This document shows, piece after piece, positions 9,584 to 18,771 of a stretch of 64,000 nucleotides of DNA; the first letter of the stretch is position 1; every line of letters begins with the position of its first letter. The notes under the pieces were generated by a model. It was not told where the DNA came from, did not search any database, and worked only from the letters and a program-made list of their open reading frames with translations. This stretch comes from Candidatus Fervidifonticultor sextus. GTDB lineage: Bacteria > Sysuimicrobiota > Sysuimicrobiia > Sysuimicrobiales > Humicultoraceae. The stretch covers positions 94,297 to 158,296 of the forward strand of contig JAVKHQ010000003.1 in the NCBI GenBank assembly GCA_031459875.1, given 5' to 3'. The position numbers were made by a program, and so were the translations under genes.

Positions 9584-10315
9584 ATGGCAGCGGAGCAGCG
9601 CGTTGACAGGCTGGAGCAGGCGCTCGTCGCGCTGGCCGAGGCCCAGGCGCGGACGGAGCGGGCGCTGGCCGTCCTGACCGGGCGGACCGATCGGGTCGAG
9701 GTGGCGCTGGCCCGGAGCGAAGAACGCCTGGATCGGGTCGAGGCGGCGCTGGCCCGGCTGGCGGAGGCGCAGGCCCGGACCGAGGAACGCCTGGATCGGG
9801 TCGAGGCGGCGCTGGCCCGGCTGGCGGAGGCGCAGGCCCGGACCGAGGAACGCCTGGATCGGGTCGAGGCGGCGCTGGCCCGCCTGGCGGACGCGCAGGC
9901 CCGGACCGAATCGGTTGTCCAGGAACTGGCCCGGCAGGTTGGGCGACTGAGCGAAACGGTGGGTTTCGCCCTGGAAGACCTGGCGAGGGAGGTCAGCCCG
10001 GCGTACCTGGCCAGGCATTACGGCATCCAGGTTGAAGCCCTCGAGCGGCGGTTCTTTCTTCTGGACGGCCGTGAGGTCGAGGTGGACTTCTACGGCGTGG
10101 GAAGGCGGGATGGCGAGACCGTGGCGGTGCTCGGCGAAGTGCGCAGCCGCATCTACGGTCGGGACGTCGAGGCGGCCATTCGAGAAGCCCGGGCACTCGC
10201 CCCGCAGTTGCCCGGGGCGCCGGTCACGGTGCTCTTTGGGTTCGTGATCCATCCTTCTGCCCGAGAAGCCGCCGATCGGTTGGGCGCCATCCTCATCACC
10301 TCTTCGGGACGGTAG
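9584..10315 (+). CDS. Coiled-coil tandem-repeat protein with C-terminal PD-(D/E)XK-like domain
   Basis: Heptad repeats EERLDRVEAALARLAEAQART, then EVEVDFYG...VLGEVRSRI, resembling a restriction-endonuclease-like fold. Confidence 0.7.
   Translation: MAAEQRVDRLEQALVALAEAQARTERALAVLTGRTDRVEVALARSEERLDRVEAALARLAEAQARTEERLDRVEAALARLAEAQARTEERLDRVEAALARLADAQARTESVVQELARQVGRLSETVGFALEDLAREVSPAYLARHYGIQVEALERRFFLLDGREVEVDFYGVGRRDGETVAVLGEVRSRIYGRDVEAAIREARALAPQLPGAPVTVLFGFVIHPSAREAADRLGAILITSSGR
9722..9909 (+). repeat. Three near-identical 63-bp in-frame tandem repeats
   Basis: The unit gaacgcctggatcgggtcgaggcggcgctggcccg... starts at 9722, 9785 and 9848. Confidence 0.9.
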
Positions 10316-10347
10316 CGGCTCCTGCTGGAGGCAGGTCGGCTGGGCGC

Positions 10348-11502
10348 TCAGCCCGGTCTGCCACCGCCTGTCTCCCGCCGCGCCACCTCCACCAGCGCGG
10401 CCGCGATGCGCCCCGCCGCTCCCGGCGGTCCCATCCGGGCTCTCCCGATCTCGCCCCGGCGCCGGCGTTCCTCCGAGTCGCGCAGCAGCCGGACCACGGC
10501 CGCGGCCGCCTCGCGCCAGTTCCGCGTGGGCACCAGGGCGTCGCCCAGCAGCCGGTGCTGCGTGGTCAGGAACTGCGGGCCGAACTGCGCGCTGGGGCCG
10601 GGAAACGCCACCACCGGCCGTCCCAGCCCCGCCGCCTGCTCGTGGGCGGTTCCGGCCATCCCGAGCACCACCCACGCGCGGGCCACCGCATCGGGAAAGG
10701 AGCGGGTCAGGTGCAGGCGCGCCGACCCAACGGCCACTGCGCCGTCGCGGGAGACCGGAGCGGATGTCAGGGCACACAGGCGGTCCCTGAGCGCGGCCTC
10801 CGAGACGGTCGGGGCCACCGCCATCAGGAAGCCGATCTCGCCGATCTCGTCGGCAATCGCCCCCGCCGCCCGCGCGATGAGCACCGCGTTCTCCGGCGCA
10901 TCGCGGCGGCTGCCCGGCAGCAGCGTGACGACCGGCGTCTGCGGGGGCCACCCGAACGTCTCGCCGGTGAGGTCGAGTTGATCCATCATGACATTGCCGA
11001 CCGAGACCGCCGGCAGGCCGTGCGCCGCCAGGGCCGAGGCGGTCTCGGGATCGCGGGTGAACGTCTGCCGCGCGTATCGGCGGATGATCCACCGCGCCTG
11101 CGCCCCGAACCCCCCGGTGTGGACCGAGTCGGCCGTGGAGACGAAGATCACCTCCCCGGACGCGAAATGGGCCATCCACAGGCAGTAGACATCGCCAACG
11201 GCGACCACGAGGTCGAACCGGCCCCGCTGTGCCGCCAGGATCCGGCGCTGCGCGCGCCACAGCCCGACGATGCCGGCGGCCAGATCGGCGCGCAGGCCCC
11301 GCATGCCGGCGCGGAACGAGAAGCCGCCGCTGGGCAGATCGCTCCGGGGGTCGAGCAGGGGGACCGTCGGGGGGTAGAGCCCCGTCCCGACCAGCGGGTA
11401 GGCGGTGACGGCGAATCCCTCCGGCGACAGCGACGCGAGAATACGGGAAGCGATCAGGTCCTCGCTGACGCCGTTGCTGACGAAGAGGATCCGCGCCGTC
11501 AT
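10348..11502 (-). CDS. Lipid-A-disaccharide synthase-related protein (LpxB-like GT-B)
   Basis: ILFVSNGVSED, PSGGF, VGNVMMD, LLPGSR, GMAGTAHEQAAGLGRPVV and RMGPPGAA match the LpxB-related family known from cyanobacteria. Confidence 0.8.
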   Translation of the reverse strand: MTARILFVSNGVSEDLIASRILASLSPEGFAVTAYPLVGTGLYPPTVPLLDPRSDLPSGGFSFRAGMRGLRADLAAGIVGLWRAQRRILAAQRGRFDLVVAVGDVYCLWMAHFASGEVIFVSTADSVHTGGFGAQARWIIRRYARQTFTRDPETASALAAHGLPAVSVGNVMMDQLDLTGETFGWPPQTPVVTLLPGSRRDAPENAVLIARAAGAIADEIGEIGFLMAVAPTVSEAALRDRLCALTSAPVSRDGAVAVGSARLHLTRSFPDAVARAWVVLGMAGTAHEQAAGLGRPVVAFPGPSAQFGPQFLTTQHRLLGDALVPTRNWREAAAAVVRLLRDSEERRRRGEIGRARMGPPGAAGRIAAALVEVARRETGGGRPG

Positions 11503-12425
11503 CGCCGCCGCCTGGCGTCGAACACCCCCTGGTAGAATGACCGCCACAACAGGTGGCTGTAGACTTCGTTGGCCACCAGCGTCAGCCCGGTGCGCTCAGA
11601 CAGCCACAGCACCGGCAGCAGCGCGGCGGTGAACAGGCCGCTGCGGTAGACCAGCCACTTGAGCGGGAGCATCACCGGCAGGATCTCCAGGAAGAGGCCC
11701 AGGCGCCAGTCCCGGTTGTGCTTCATCCAGAAGTAGACCGCTCCCTCACCGGCCTGCCGGAGTTTCTCCCGCGCCTCGGCCAGCGTCTGGACGTGATAGT
11801 GGTACCCCAGCGCCGTGGGCTCGTAGCGGAGCGTCACGCCGTCCGCCACCATCCGGAAGGCCAGCTCGATGTCCTCCCAGCCGTAGCCCCGGAAGCCTTC
11901 GTCGAACCCGCCCACCCGACGGAACGCGTCGGCGTCCACCGAGAAGTTGCGCGTCACCACATGGTAGGGCGACAGTCCCACGCGGCGGCGGATCGTCGCA
12001 TCGGGGATGATGTTGCGTGCCCGCATGAACATGGTCGTCAGGCTGTCGGGATGGTCTTTCCATCGTCCCTGGACCCCGATGTTGCGCCGTCCCTCGTGAT
12101 GGGCCAGGTGGGCCGAGACGAGCCCGGGCGTCGCCCAGATGTCGGCATCGAGGAACAGGAGCACCCGGCCCTGCGCCGCCTGAGCGCCCAGGTTGCGCGC
12201 CGCCGCCCGGCCGCGGTGGGCCTGTCGGAGCACGCGGAACGAACCTCGGCCCGGGTGCCGTGCAATCTGCTCCACCGACCCGTCGGTTGAGCCGTCGTCG
12301 ACGACGATGACCTCGTAGCGCTCCGGCGGGGCATCCTGTGCGCGGAGGGCCTCCAGGGCCCGCTGGAGCACCCACCCGCCGTTGTAGGTCGGGATGATGA
12401 CGCTGACCTCCGGTTGCGATCCCAC
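11499..12425 (-). CDS. Glycosyltransferase family 2
   Basis: VSVIIPTYN, VVDDGSTD, FLDAD and GGFDEGFRGYGWEDIEL. Confidence 0.9.
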   Translation of the reverse strand: MGSQPEVSVIIPTYNGGWVLQRALEALRAQDAPPERYEVIVVDDGSTDGSVEQIARHPGRGSFRVLRQAHRGRAAARNLGAQAAQGRVLLFLDADIWATPGLVSAHLAHHEGRRNIGVQGRWKDHPDSLTTMFMRARNIIPDATIRRRVGLSPYHVVTRNFSVDADAFRRVGGFDEGFRGYGWEDIELAFRMVADGVTLRYEPTALGYHYHVQTLAEAREKLRQAGEGAVYFWMKHNRDWRLGLFLEILPVMLPLKWLVYRSGLFTAALLPVLWLSERTGLTLVANEVYSHLLWRSFYQGVFDARRRR

Positions 12426-13573
12426 TACCCGTCCCTTGCGGCGCCCAGCGCGAACAGCGCGATCAGCCCATATCCGGTGTGCCAGGACATGACCGTGGCA
12501 TCGAAGAGCTGGTGGGTCAGGATGGCCACCGCCGCCGCCAAGAACCCCGCCCACAGCCCGTCGGTACGCCCATCGCCTCGGTGCTGGCCGAGGCGCCGCC
12601 ACAGCCCGCCCAGCCCGGCCCCCACGAAGGCCAGAAACGCCGCCAGCCCGAGCAGGCCCGTTTCCGCGGCAAAGTTGAGGTAGACGTTGTGGGCCGTGGG
12701 CTTCTCGCCATAGCGGGGGTCGGGCGAGTAGCGCGGCCAGATCCGGGTGAACGTGCCGTACCCGGTTCCCAGCGCGGGATGGTTGCGGACAATCTTCGGC
12801 ACCGACCGCCAGAGGTCCCACCGGTCCACGTTGGCCTCGAGGCTGGGGATCGATCCCAGCCGCCGGGCGAGCGGCTCACGCTTCTGGCCGATGGCGAGCG
12901 TCGCCAGGACCACCGAGGCCAGGCAGAGGACGACCAGCGCCCCCCTGGCCCTTGGCGCCACCGCGATCAGGACGGCCGCCGCCGCAGCGGTCCCGATCCA
13001 GGCTCCCCGGGATCCGGTCAACTCCAGGCCCGCGGCCAGGACCGGCAGACCGAACGCGATGAGGCCGCGCTGCACCCGGCCCGACGCCACCGTCCAGGTT
13101 CCCAGGGTGAGTGCGTAGGCCGCCGCCAGGGTCGTGCCCAGCCCGTTCGCTCCCACCGCCGGCGTGGACGCCGCCACGGGCCAGGTCCCCGAGCGCGCAA
13201 TTCCCCAGACCGCGGCAGCCAGCCCTCCGGCGATCCACGCCCAGGCGATCGCCCCGACCGCACCGCGTCCGACGCGGAGGGCCAGCCCCACGGAGAAGAC
13301 CGTCACCAGGACGGCAGCGGCGAACAGCGTGGCCAGGCCGACAGACTCCCCGCGCCACTCGGAGGCCAGGCCGGAAGCCAGGACCGCGGCCAGCAGCGCC
13401 CCCATGGGACGGTCCAACGTCGTGGGGATCCAGCGCCGGCGCCCCGCGAGCACGGCGCCCAGACTCAGGACCAGCAGGATCGGCAGGACCCACCCCGCAT
13501 ATCCCGAGGAGTATGCGAACGCCGCCACCAGCGTGGCCGCGTAGCAGAGCCGCTCCACCTGCGGGACCGTCAC
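12425..13573 (-). CDS. O-antigen ligase (WaaL/Wzy_C) family membrane protein
   Basis: Multi-TM. Motifs TGSRGAWIG, R.DLW, GTGYGTF and AHNVYLNFAAETGLLG. Confidence 0.85.
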   Translation of the reverse strand: MTVPQVERLCYAATLVAAFAYSSGYAGWVLPILLVLSLGAVLAGRRRWIPTTLDRPMGALLAAVLASGLASEWRGESVGLATLFAAAVLVTVFSVGLALRVGRGAVGAIAWAWIAGGLAAAVWGIARSGTWPVAASTPAVGANGLGTTLAAAYALTLGTWTVASGRVQRGLIAFGLPVLAAGLELTGSRGAWIGTAAAAAVLIAVAPRARGALVVLCLASVVLATLAIGQKREPLARRLGSIPSLEANVDRWDLWRSVPKIVRNHPALGTGYGTFTRIWPRYSPDPRYGEKPTAHNVYLNFAAETGLLGLAAFLAFVGAGLGGLWRRLGQHRGDGRTDGLWAGFLAAAVAILTHQLFDATVMSWHTGYGLIALFALGAARDG

Positions 13574-14733
13574 GCTGGCTTCCCGGAGGCCTTGAGACTG
13601 GCGGCAGCCCCCAGGCCGACGAGGGCGTACAGCCCCACGGCCATGTGCGCGCCCATCACGGTCCCATCGACAAGCTGGTGGCCTACGAGCGCCACGAAGG
13701 CCGCCAGGGCTGCGGCGCTGACGGCCGACGCAGGACTGCCCGCCGGGGTCCGAAGGCCCCAGCGGACCAGGTCCAGGAGGCCGGCGCCCAGGAAGAGCAG
13801 CAGCGCCACCAGTCCCAGCAGTCCGGTCTCGACGGCGAAATTCAGGAAGAGATTGTGCGCGAACGGCACGCCCGGCAGCGCCGGATCCCGCTGGGCACTT
13901 CCTTCGTACGCGAAGATGAAGGTGCCGAATCCGCTGCCCAGCAGGGGACGGCTAGCGACCAGCCCCGGCACCGCGCGCCAGACCGCAATCCGGCTGAACG
14001 GTCCCTCGGCCGGCGCCACGTCGCGCAGGCGCGCGAGGTGCCAGGCCCAGCGAGGGGCGAGCGCGGCCGCCGAGACGCCGAGGATCACCGCCGCCGCCAG
14101 CGCGGCCGGCCACAGCCGCCGCACCCCGATCCGCCCAGCCAGCGTCGCCAGGCCCAGCCCGGCGCCCAGCCAGGCACCCCGAGACCAGGTCAGGACCAGC
14201 GCCAGGGCCACGACCGGTAGCGCCGCCATGCTGAAGAGGCGTCGGCGTCGGGGTCCGGCGGCCGACAGGCCCGCCAGGAGGACCGTGGCGACGGCCATCG
14301 TGGTGCCCAGGGCGTTATAGCCCATCCCCGGGATCTGCGCTCTGGCCGTGACGCTGGCGTCCAGGCCGGCAATCGCCCAGACGGCGGCGACCGAGCCTCC
14401 GATCGCCCACGCGGTCAGGAACTGCTCCGGGAACTGCGGCCGGCGCGCGGCCAGGACCACGGCGCGGATCAGCACCAGAGCGGTGCCGGCGAAGATGGCG
14501 CACGCCGTCAGCGCGAACGGGCGCCACTCCGAGAGCACCGAGGAGAGGACGGCGATCCCGATCAGGCTCATCAGCCCCACGTCCAACGACGTGCGGTCCC
14601 ACAGCGGTTCTCCGGCCACGAGTTCGCCGATCGCCAGCACCATGAGCACACCCAGACCGACGGCGGCGTGTCCCATGGAGTACTGGAACGCGATCACCAG
14701 CAGCAGCCCCTGGCGCCACCGCCACGCCTCCAC
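13570..14733 (-). CDS. O-antigen ligase (WaaL/Wzy_C) family membrane protein, second paralogue
   Basis: Multi-TM. Motifs TWSRGAWLG, SRIAVW, GSGFGTF and AHNLFLNFAVETGLLG. Confidence 0.85.
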   Translation of the reverse strand: MEAWRWRQGLLLVIAFQYSMGHAAVGLGVLMVLAIGELVAGEPLWDRTSLDVGLMSLIGIAVLSSVLSEWRPFALTACAIFAGTALVLIRAVVLAARRPQFPEQFLTAWAIGGSVAAVWAIAGLDASVTARAQIPGMGYNALGTTMAVATVLLAGLSAAGPRRRRLFSMAALPVVALALVLTWSRGAWLGAGLGLATLAGRIGVRRLWPAALAAAVILGVSAAALAPRWAWHLARLRDVAPAEGPFSRIAVWRAVPGLVASRPLLGSGFGTFIFAYEGSAQRDPALPGVPFAHNLFLNFAVETGLLGLVALLLFLGAGLLDLVRWGLRTPAGSPASAVSAAALAAFVALVGHQLVDGTVMGAHMAVGLYALVGLGAAASLKASGKPA

Positions 14734-14734
14734 T

Positions 14735-15664
14735 TTATCGGCCCTCGGGGATCATCCTGAACCGGTCCAGCGAGGCCAGGTAGTGCCGGTTGAGGACGCC
14801 GCGGACGACCAGGCCGGCCAGCGTGTAGTACCCCCGGGCCTGCAGCCAGCGCGCAATCCGCGGGGCGTTGCGGACCGTGAGCATCCCGGCGCCGCCCAGG
14901 AGGAAGTGCGCGGCGCGCTGCAGCGGCGTGTCCTGGATCATCCAGCGGGTCTTCGGCCCGGGGTGCTTGCGCAGCAGGTAGAGGGCCGTGCGGGCCCGCT
15001 CTTCCTCCTTGGCCAGGTGACGGTCCAGGGAGTCTGGGGTCGGCAGGGGCTGCACGTGGTAGGCGATGGCGCCGGGGTCGAAGACGCGCGGGATCCCCCG
15101 CTCGGCGAGACGCAGTCCCAGATCGAAGTCCTCCCATCCGTACACCCGGAATCCCTCGTCGAACAGCCCCGCGTCGATCAGCACCTGCCGCGGAATGGAG
15201 GCGTTCGCCGTGTCGAGATAGGCGGGAGATGTGCGGGCCATGGGGTCGCGGTCGGGCAGCACCGGGGAGGGGATGAGCACGACCGGACCGCGGCCCACCA
15301 CCGGCCGCTCGGCGGCGCGGTGGAGCGCCAGGTGCCGGTGCAGGAAATCCCGGCGGACCAGGACGTCGCTGTCCACGAACACGATCACCGGCGCCTCGGC
15401 CGTCCTGACCCCGGCGTTGCGGGCGGCGCTGCGGCCGCGGTTGGCGTCGAGGCGCACCGACCGGACGCGGACGCGGCCCGCGGAGGCTGCGGCAACGACC
15501 TGGGGGGTCTCGTCCGTCGAGCCGTCGTCCACCACGACGATCTCGTAGGCGGCCGGCGCCAGCGACTGATCCACCAGGTGCCCCAGGGCGTGGCGGAGCA
15601 GGGCGGCATCGTTGTACGTGGGCACCACCACGCTGAGATGCGGCGCGGCTTTGCGGTGGCTCAT
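14735..15664 (-). CDS. Glycosyltransferase family 2
   Basis: LSVVVPTYN, VVDDGSTD, FVDSD and FDEGFRVYGWEDFDL. Paralogous to 11499..12425. Confidence 0.88.
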   Translation of the reverse strand: MSHRKAAPHLSVVVPTYNDAALLRHALGHLVDQSLAPAAYEIVVVDDGSTDETPQVVAAASAGRVRVRSVRLDANRGRSAARNAGVRTAEAPVIVFVDSDVLVRRDFLHRHLALHRAAERPVVGRGPVVLIPSPVLPDRDPMARTSPAYLDTANASIPRQVLIDAGLFDEGFRVYGWEDFDLGLRLAERGIPRVFDPGAIAYHVQPLPTPDSLDRHLAKEEERARTALYLLRKHPGPKTRWMIQDTPLQRAAHFLLGGAGMLTVRNAPRIARWLQARGYYTLAGLVVRGVLNRHYLASLDRFRMIPEGR

Positions 15665-15695
15665 CCCGACGCGCACCAACCTCCGGCCGTTCGTG

Positions 15696-17477
15696 TCATG
15701 CGCCCGCGCGCGAGGCACCGGGGACCGCCTGCGGGGGACCCGGCTCGGCCGGCGCGGCATCCAGCCACTGCAGGCGCAACAGCCGCGCGTAGGTCCCCTC
15801 GCGCGCCACCAGCTCTTCGTGGCGGCCGTCCTCGACCACCCGTCCCTGGTCGAGGACGACGATGCGGTCCGCGCCTCGGACGGTCGAGAGGCGGTGCGCG
15901 ATGATGAAGGTCGTACGCCCGCGGGTGATGCGTTCGATCGCCTCCTGGATGAGGGCCTCGGACTCGCTGTCCAGCGCTGAGGTGGCCTCGTCGAAGATGA
16001 GCAGGCGCGGGTGGTTGAGCAGCGCCCGCGCGATGGCCAGGCGCTGCCGCTGGCCCCCCGAGAGCTGCAGGCCGTCGTCACCCAGCACCGTGTCGTAGCC
16101 CTGGGGGAGCGCCATGATGAAGTCGTGGGCGTTGGCAGCCCGGGCGGCTTCCATGACCTCGTCCAGGGTCGCGTCGGGGCGGGCGTAGGCGATGTTCTCG
16201 CGGATCGGACCGCGGAACAACACGGTCTCCTGAGGGACCAGTCCGATCTGACCCCGCAGCGACCGCAGCGTGACCCGGCGCAGGTCGATCCCATCGATCT
16301 CGACCTTCCCGCTGGCGGGATCGTAGAAGCGGGCGATCAGGTTGACCAGCGTGCTCTTGCCCGCCCCGCTCAGGCCCACCAGGGCGATGCGTTCCCCCGG
16401 CGCCACCTCCAAGGAGAGATGGCGCAGGGCCCAGTTCCCCGGGGTGTAGGCGAAGGAGACGTCGTCGAACTTCACGTGTCCGCGGATCGGGGGCAGCGGG
16501 ACCGCGCCCGGACTCTCGTGCAGGCCGGCGGGTTCGTCCAGCAGCGCGCGGATGCGGCCGAAGGCGCCCAGGGCCTGCCGCAGTCCGGCGTAGTGCCGCG
16601 TGAGCCCCACCGCCGGCTCGACCGCCAAGCCCACGTACGCCAAAAACGCCACGAGCGAGCCCGCGGTGAGGTCGCCGCCGGTGACGCGCTGGCCGCCGAT
16701 CCACAGGATCAACACGATGCCGAACGCGGTCAGGAAACTCACCACCGGCACCTGCGCGGCGACCATGCGGGCGATGCGGACATTGGCGCCGAACGTCTGC
16801 TCGTTCTCCCGACGGAACCGACCGATCTCCCGCTCCTCCCGGGCGAAGGCGCGGATCACCCGCGCGCCGGCGAAGGCCTCGCGGATGAGCCCGGCCAGGC
16901 CGGCCACGTGCTCCTGGGCGCGGGCCGACGTCCCCTGAATCTCCTGGCCGAACCGGCGGGCGATCCCGCCCACCAGGGGGATCACCAGGGCGATGACCAG
17001 CGCCAGCTGCCAGTCGATCCACACCAGCATGGCGGCGATACCCGCCAGCATCAGTGCTGTGGAGAGCGCGTCGACGGCCCCCATCAGCAGCTGGGTCTGC
17101 ACGACCTGGGTGTCCTGGAGGCTGCGGGCAATCGCGTCGCCGCTGCCCCACACCGCGAAGCGGTCCAGCGACCAGCGCTGGATGCGGGCGAACAGGTCCT
17201 GGCGCAGATCGGCGATGACGCGGTGGCTGAGGAAGAACGTCAGGTAGATCTGGAGGTAGAGGGCCAGACTGCGCGCCCCGAACAGCAGCAACATGAACAC
17301 CGCCGCGCGGTTGAGGGCGGCGAATGAGCGCGTCGCGATGAGCTGGTCAATGAGCCTCCCGGCGTAGGCCGGGACGACCAGGTTGGCCGCGGTGACCACC
17401 AGCATCGCGCCCACGGCCGCCGCGGCCTGCAGGCGGTACGGCGCCATGAAGCCGGCCAGCCGCCGCAGGTCGCTCAC
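15696..17477 (-). CDS. msbA: MsbA-like ABC exporter (fused TMD-NBD)
   Basis: 6-TM domain, Walker A GLSGAGKS, LSGGQRQR, LIFDEATSALD and IIAHRLST. Coupled to the upstream lpxB-like gene. Confidence 0.8.
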   Translation of the reverse strand: MSDLRRLAGFMAPYRLQAAAAVGAMLVVTAANLVVPAYAGRLIDQLIATRSFAALNRAAVFMLLLFGARSLALYLQIYLTFFLSHRVIADLRQDLFARIQRWSLDRFAVWGSGDAIARSLQDTQVVQTQLLMGAVDALSTALMLAGIAAMLVWIDWQLALVIALVIPLVGGIARRFGQEIQGTSARAQEHVAGLAGLIREAFAGARVIRAFAREEREIGRFRRENEQTFGANVRIARMVAAQVPVVSFLTAFGIVLILWIGGQRVTGGDLTAGSLVAFLAYVGLAVEPAVGLTRHYAGLRQALGAFGRIRALLDEPAGLHESPGAVPLPPIRGHVKFDDVSFAYTPGNWALRHLSLEVAPGERIALVGLSGAGKSTLVNLIARFYDPASGKVEIDGIDLRRVTLRSLRGQIGLVPQETVLFRGPIRENIAYARPDATLDEVMEAARAANAHDFIMALPQGYDTVLGDDGLQLSGGQRQRLAIARALLNHPRLLIFDEATSALDSESEALIQEAIERITRGRTTFIIAHRLSTVRGADRIVVLDQGRVVEDGRHEELVAREGTYARLLRLQWLDAAPAEPGPPQAVPGASRAGA

Positions 17478-18670
17478 CCGATCCCCCAGGCCGGGCGCAT
17501 GGCTTCCAGGAGGCGCCCCGAGGCCCCGCGCTCCAGCGGCAGCGCCTCCAGCGCCTCGATGAGGGCCGCCCGCGCGCCCTCGTCGCGGATCAGGCGGGCG
17601 CTCTCCGCGGCCACCTGCTCGGGGGTGACGTCGCCGATCAACTCCGGCATGATGCGCCGACCGGCCCGCATGTTGGGCAGCGCCACGTAGGGGATGCGCC
17701 GGACGTACCGCCGGGCTAGATGGAGCCGCAACTTCGGGCCGACGTAGGGGACCCGGGCGATCCACTCGATGAGCCCTTCGAACGGAATCTGCGGCGCGAT
17801 GCTGAACGGCAGGACCACCATGCTGGGGATGCGCATGATGGCCAGTTCCAGCGTGTTGGTCCCGGGAATCGTCAGGGCCAGGTCCGAGCCCACCACGTGC
17901 GGCCACCCGCCGTAGCCGACCTCGATGCGCGAGGCGTCCAGCGCGTCGCGGTGCCGGGCGATCAGGCGGCGGTGGAGGGCGGGCGAGACGAAGGGCGAGA
18001 TGACTGCCAGGAGCCTGGCATCGGGCAACTGGGCGCGCAGGGCCGAGGCGGTCTGCACCCAGAATGGGAAGATGGCCGAGAAGACGGTGTCGCGGCTGCC
18101 GGCCAGGAACGTCACCTTGGGCCGCGCGCCGTTGCCTCCAGATGCGTCCACGTGGGCCGACTGCATGACGACCGCGTCGAATCGCGGATCGCCGGTGACC
18201 GCGATCTTGGCCGCGGGCACCCCCCGATCTACCAACCGCTCCTGCAGGGCCACCGTGGGCACAAAGATCCGGTCAAAGGCCCGGTGCACGCGCGCCACGT
18301 GCGCCCGCTCGACGAAGGCGAAGGCGCGGGCGCGCCAGCGTCTGGCCAGACGGCGTGTGTACCAGAAATCGCCTCCCACGTGCAGGACGACGGGCAGGCC
18401 CGCCGGCGCCCATCCGGGCAGGCCCAGGCTCAATTTCAACGTCGCCCGTGGATCGAAGATGTGATCGAACACCGCCGCGGCCGCGGCGGCGGCGGGCTCC
18501 TGGCCGCTGGCAAACTGGCACGGCGGCAGGCACAGGCTGATCTCCATCGGCCGGCCCCACGCGCGCGCCAGGCGCCGCGCCTCGGCGGCGACCGGCAGGG
18601 CCCAGCCCGCCACCTCGCCCGGACCGTTGCCCACGATGACCAGGGAATGCGACGGCGAGTCTTGGGTCAT
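17474..18670 (-). CDS. LpxB-like lipid-A-disaccharide synthase family protein
   Basis: NGPGEVAGW, PCQFASGQE, VTGDP, FLAGSR, IPGTNTLELA, ALPNMRAGRRIMPELIG. Confidence 0.75.
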   Translation of the reverse strand: MTQDSPSHSLVIVGNGPGEVAGWALPVAAEARRLARAWGRPMEISLCLPPCQFASGQEPAAAAAAAVFDHIFDPRATLKLSLGLPGWAPAGLPVVLHVGGDFWYTRRLARRWRARAFAFVERAHVARVHRAFDRIFVPTVALQERLVDRGVPAAKIAVTGDPRFDAVVMQSAHVDASGGNGARPKVTFLAGSRDTVFSAIFPFWVQTASALRAQLPDARLLAVISPFVSPALHRRLIARHRDALDASRIEVGYGGWPHVVGSDLALTIPGTNTLELAIMRIPSMVVLPFSIAPQIPFEGLIEWIARVPYVGPKLRLHLARRYVRRIPYVALPNMRAGRRIMPELIGDVTPEQVAAESARLIRDEGARAALIEALEALPLERGASGRLLEAMRPAWGIG

Positions 18671-18687
18671 GGCTCCACAACCGCTCC

Positions 18688-18717
18688 ATTATAGTTTCCA
18701 CTTCGATCTGCCCGCAA
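18688..18717 (-). promoter_or_regulatory. sigma70-type promoter for the minus-strand lpxB-like/msbA operon
   Basis: On the minus strand, TTGCGG-18 bp-TATAAT (attata at 18688-18693 on +), 17 nt upstream of the ATG. Confidence 0.6.
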
Positions 18718-18771
18718 TTCACGGCGCAGGGCGGGTGCTGGCGACCGGCGAACCACGAGCCGGTGGGTGCC

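Noticed and set aside
9722..9909. 63-bp direct repeats as a CRISPR array
   Set aside because: The repeats are head-to-tail without spacers, lie in frame within a CDS, and no cas genes are present.
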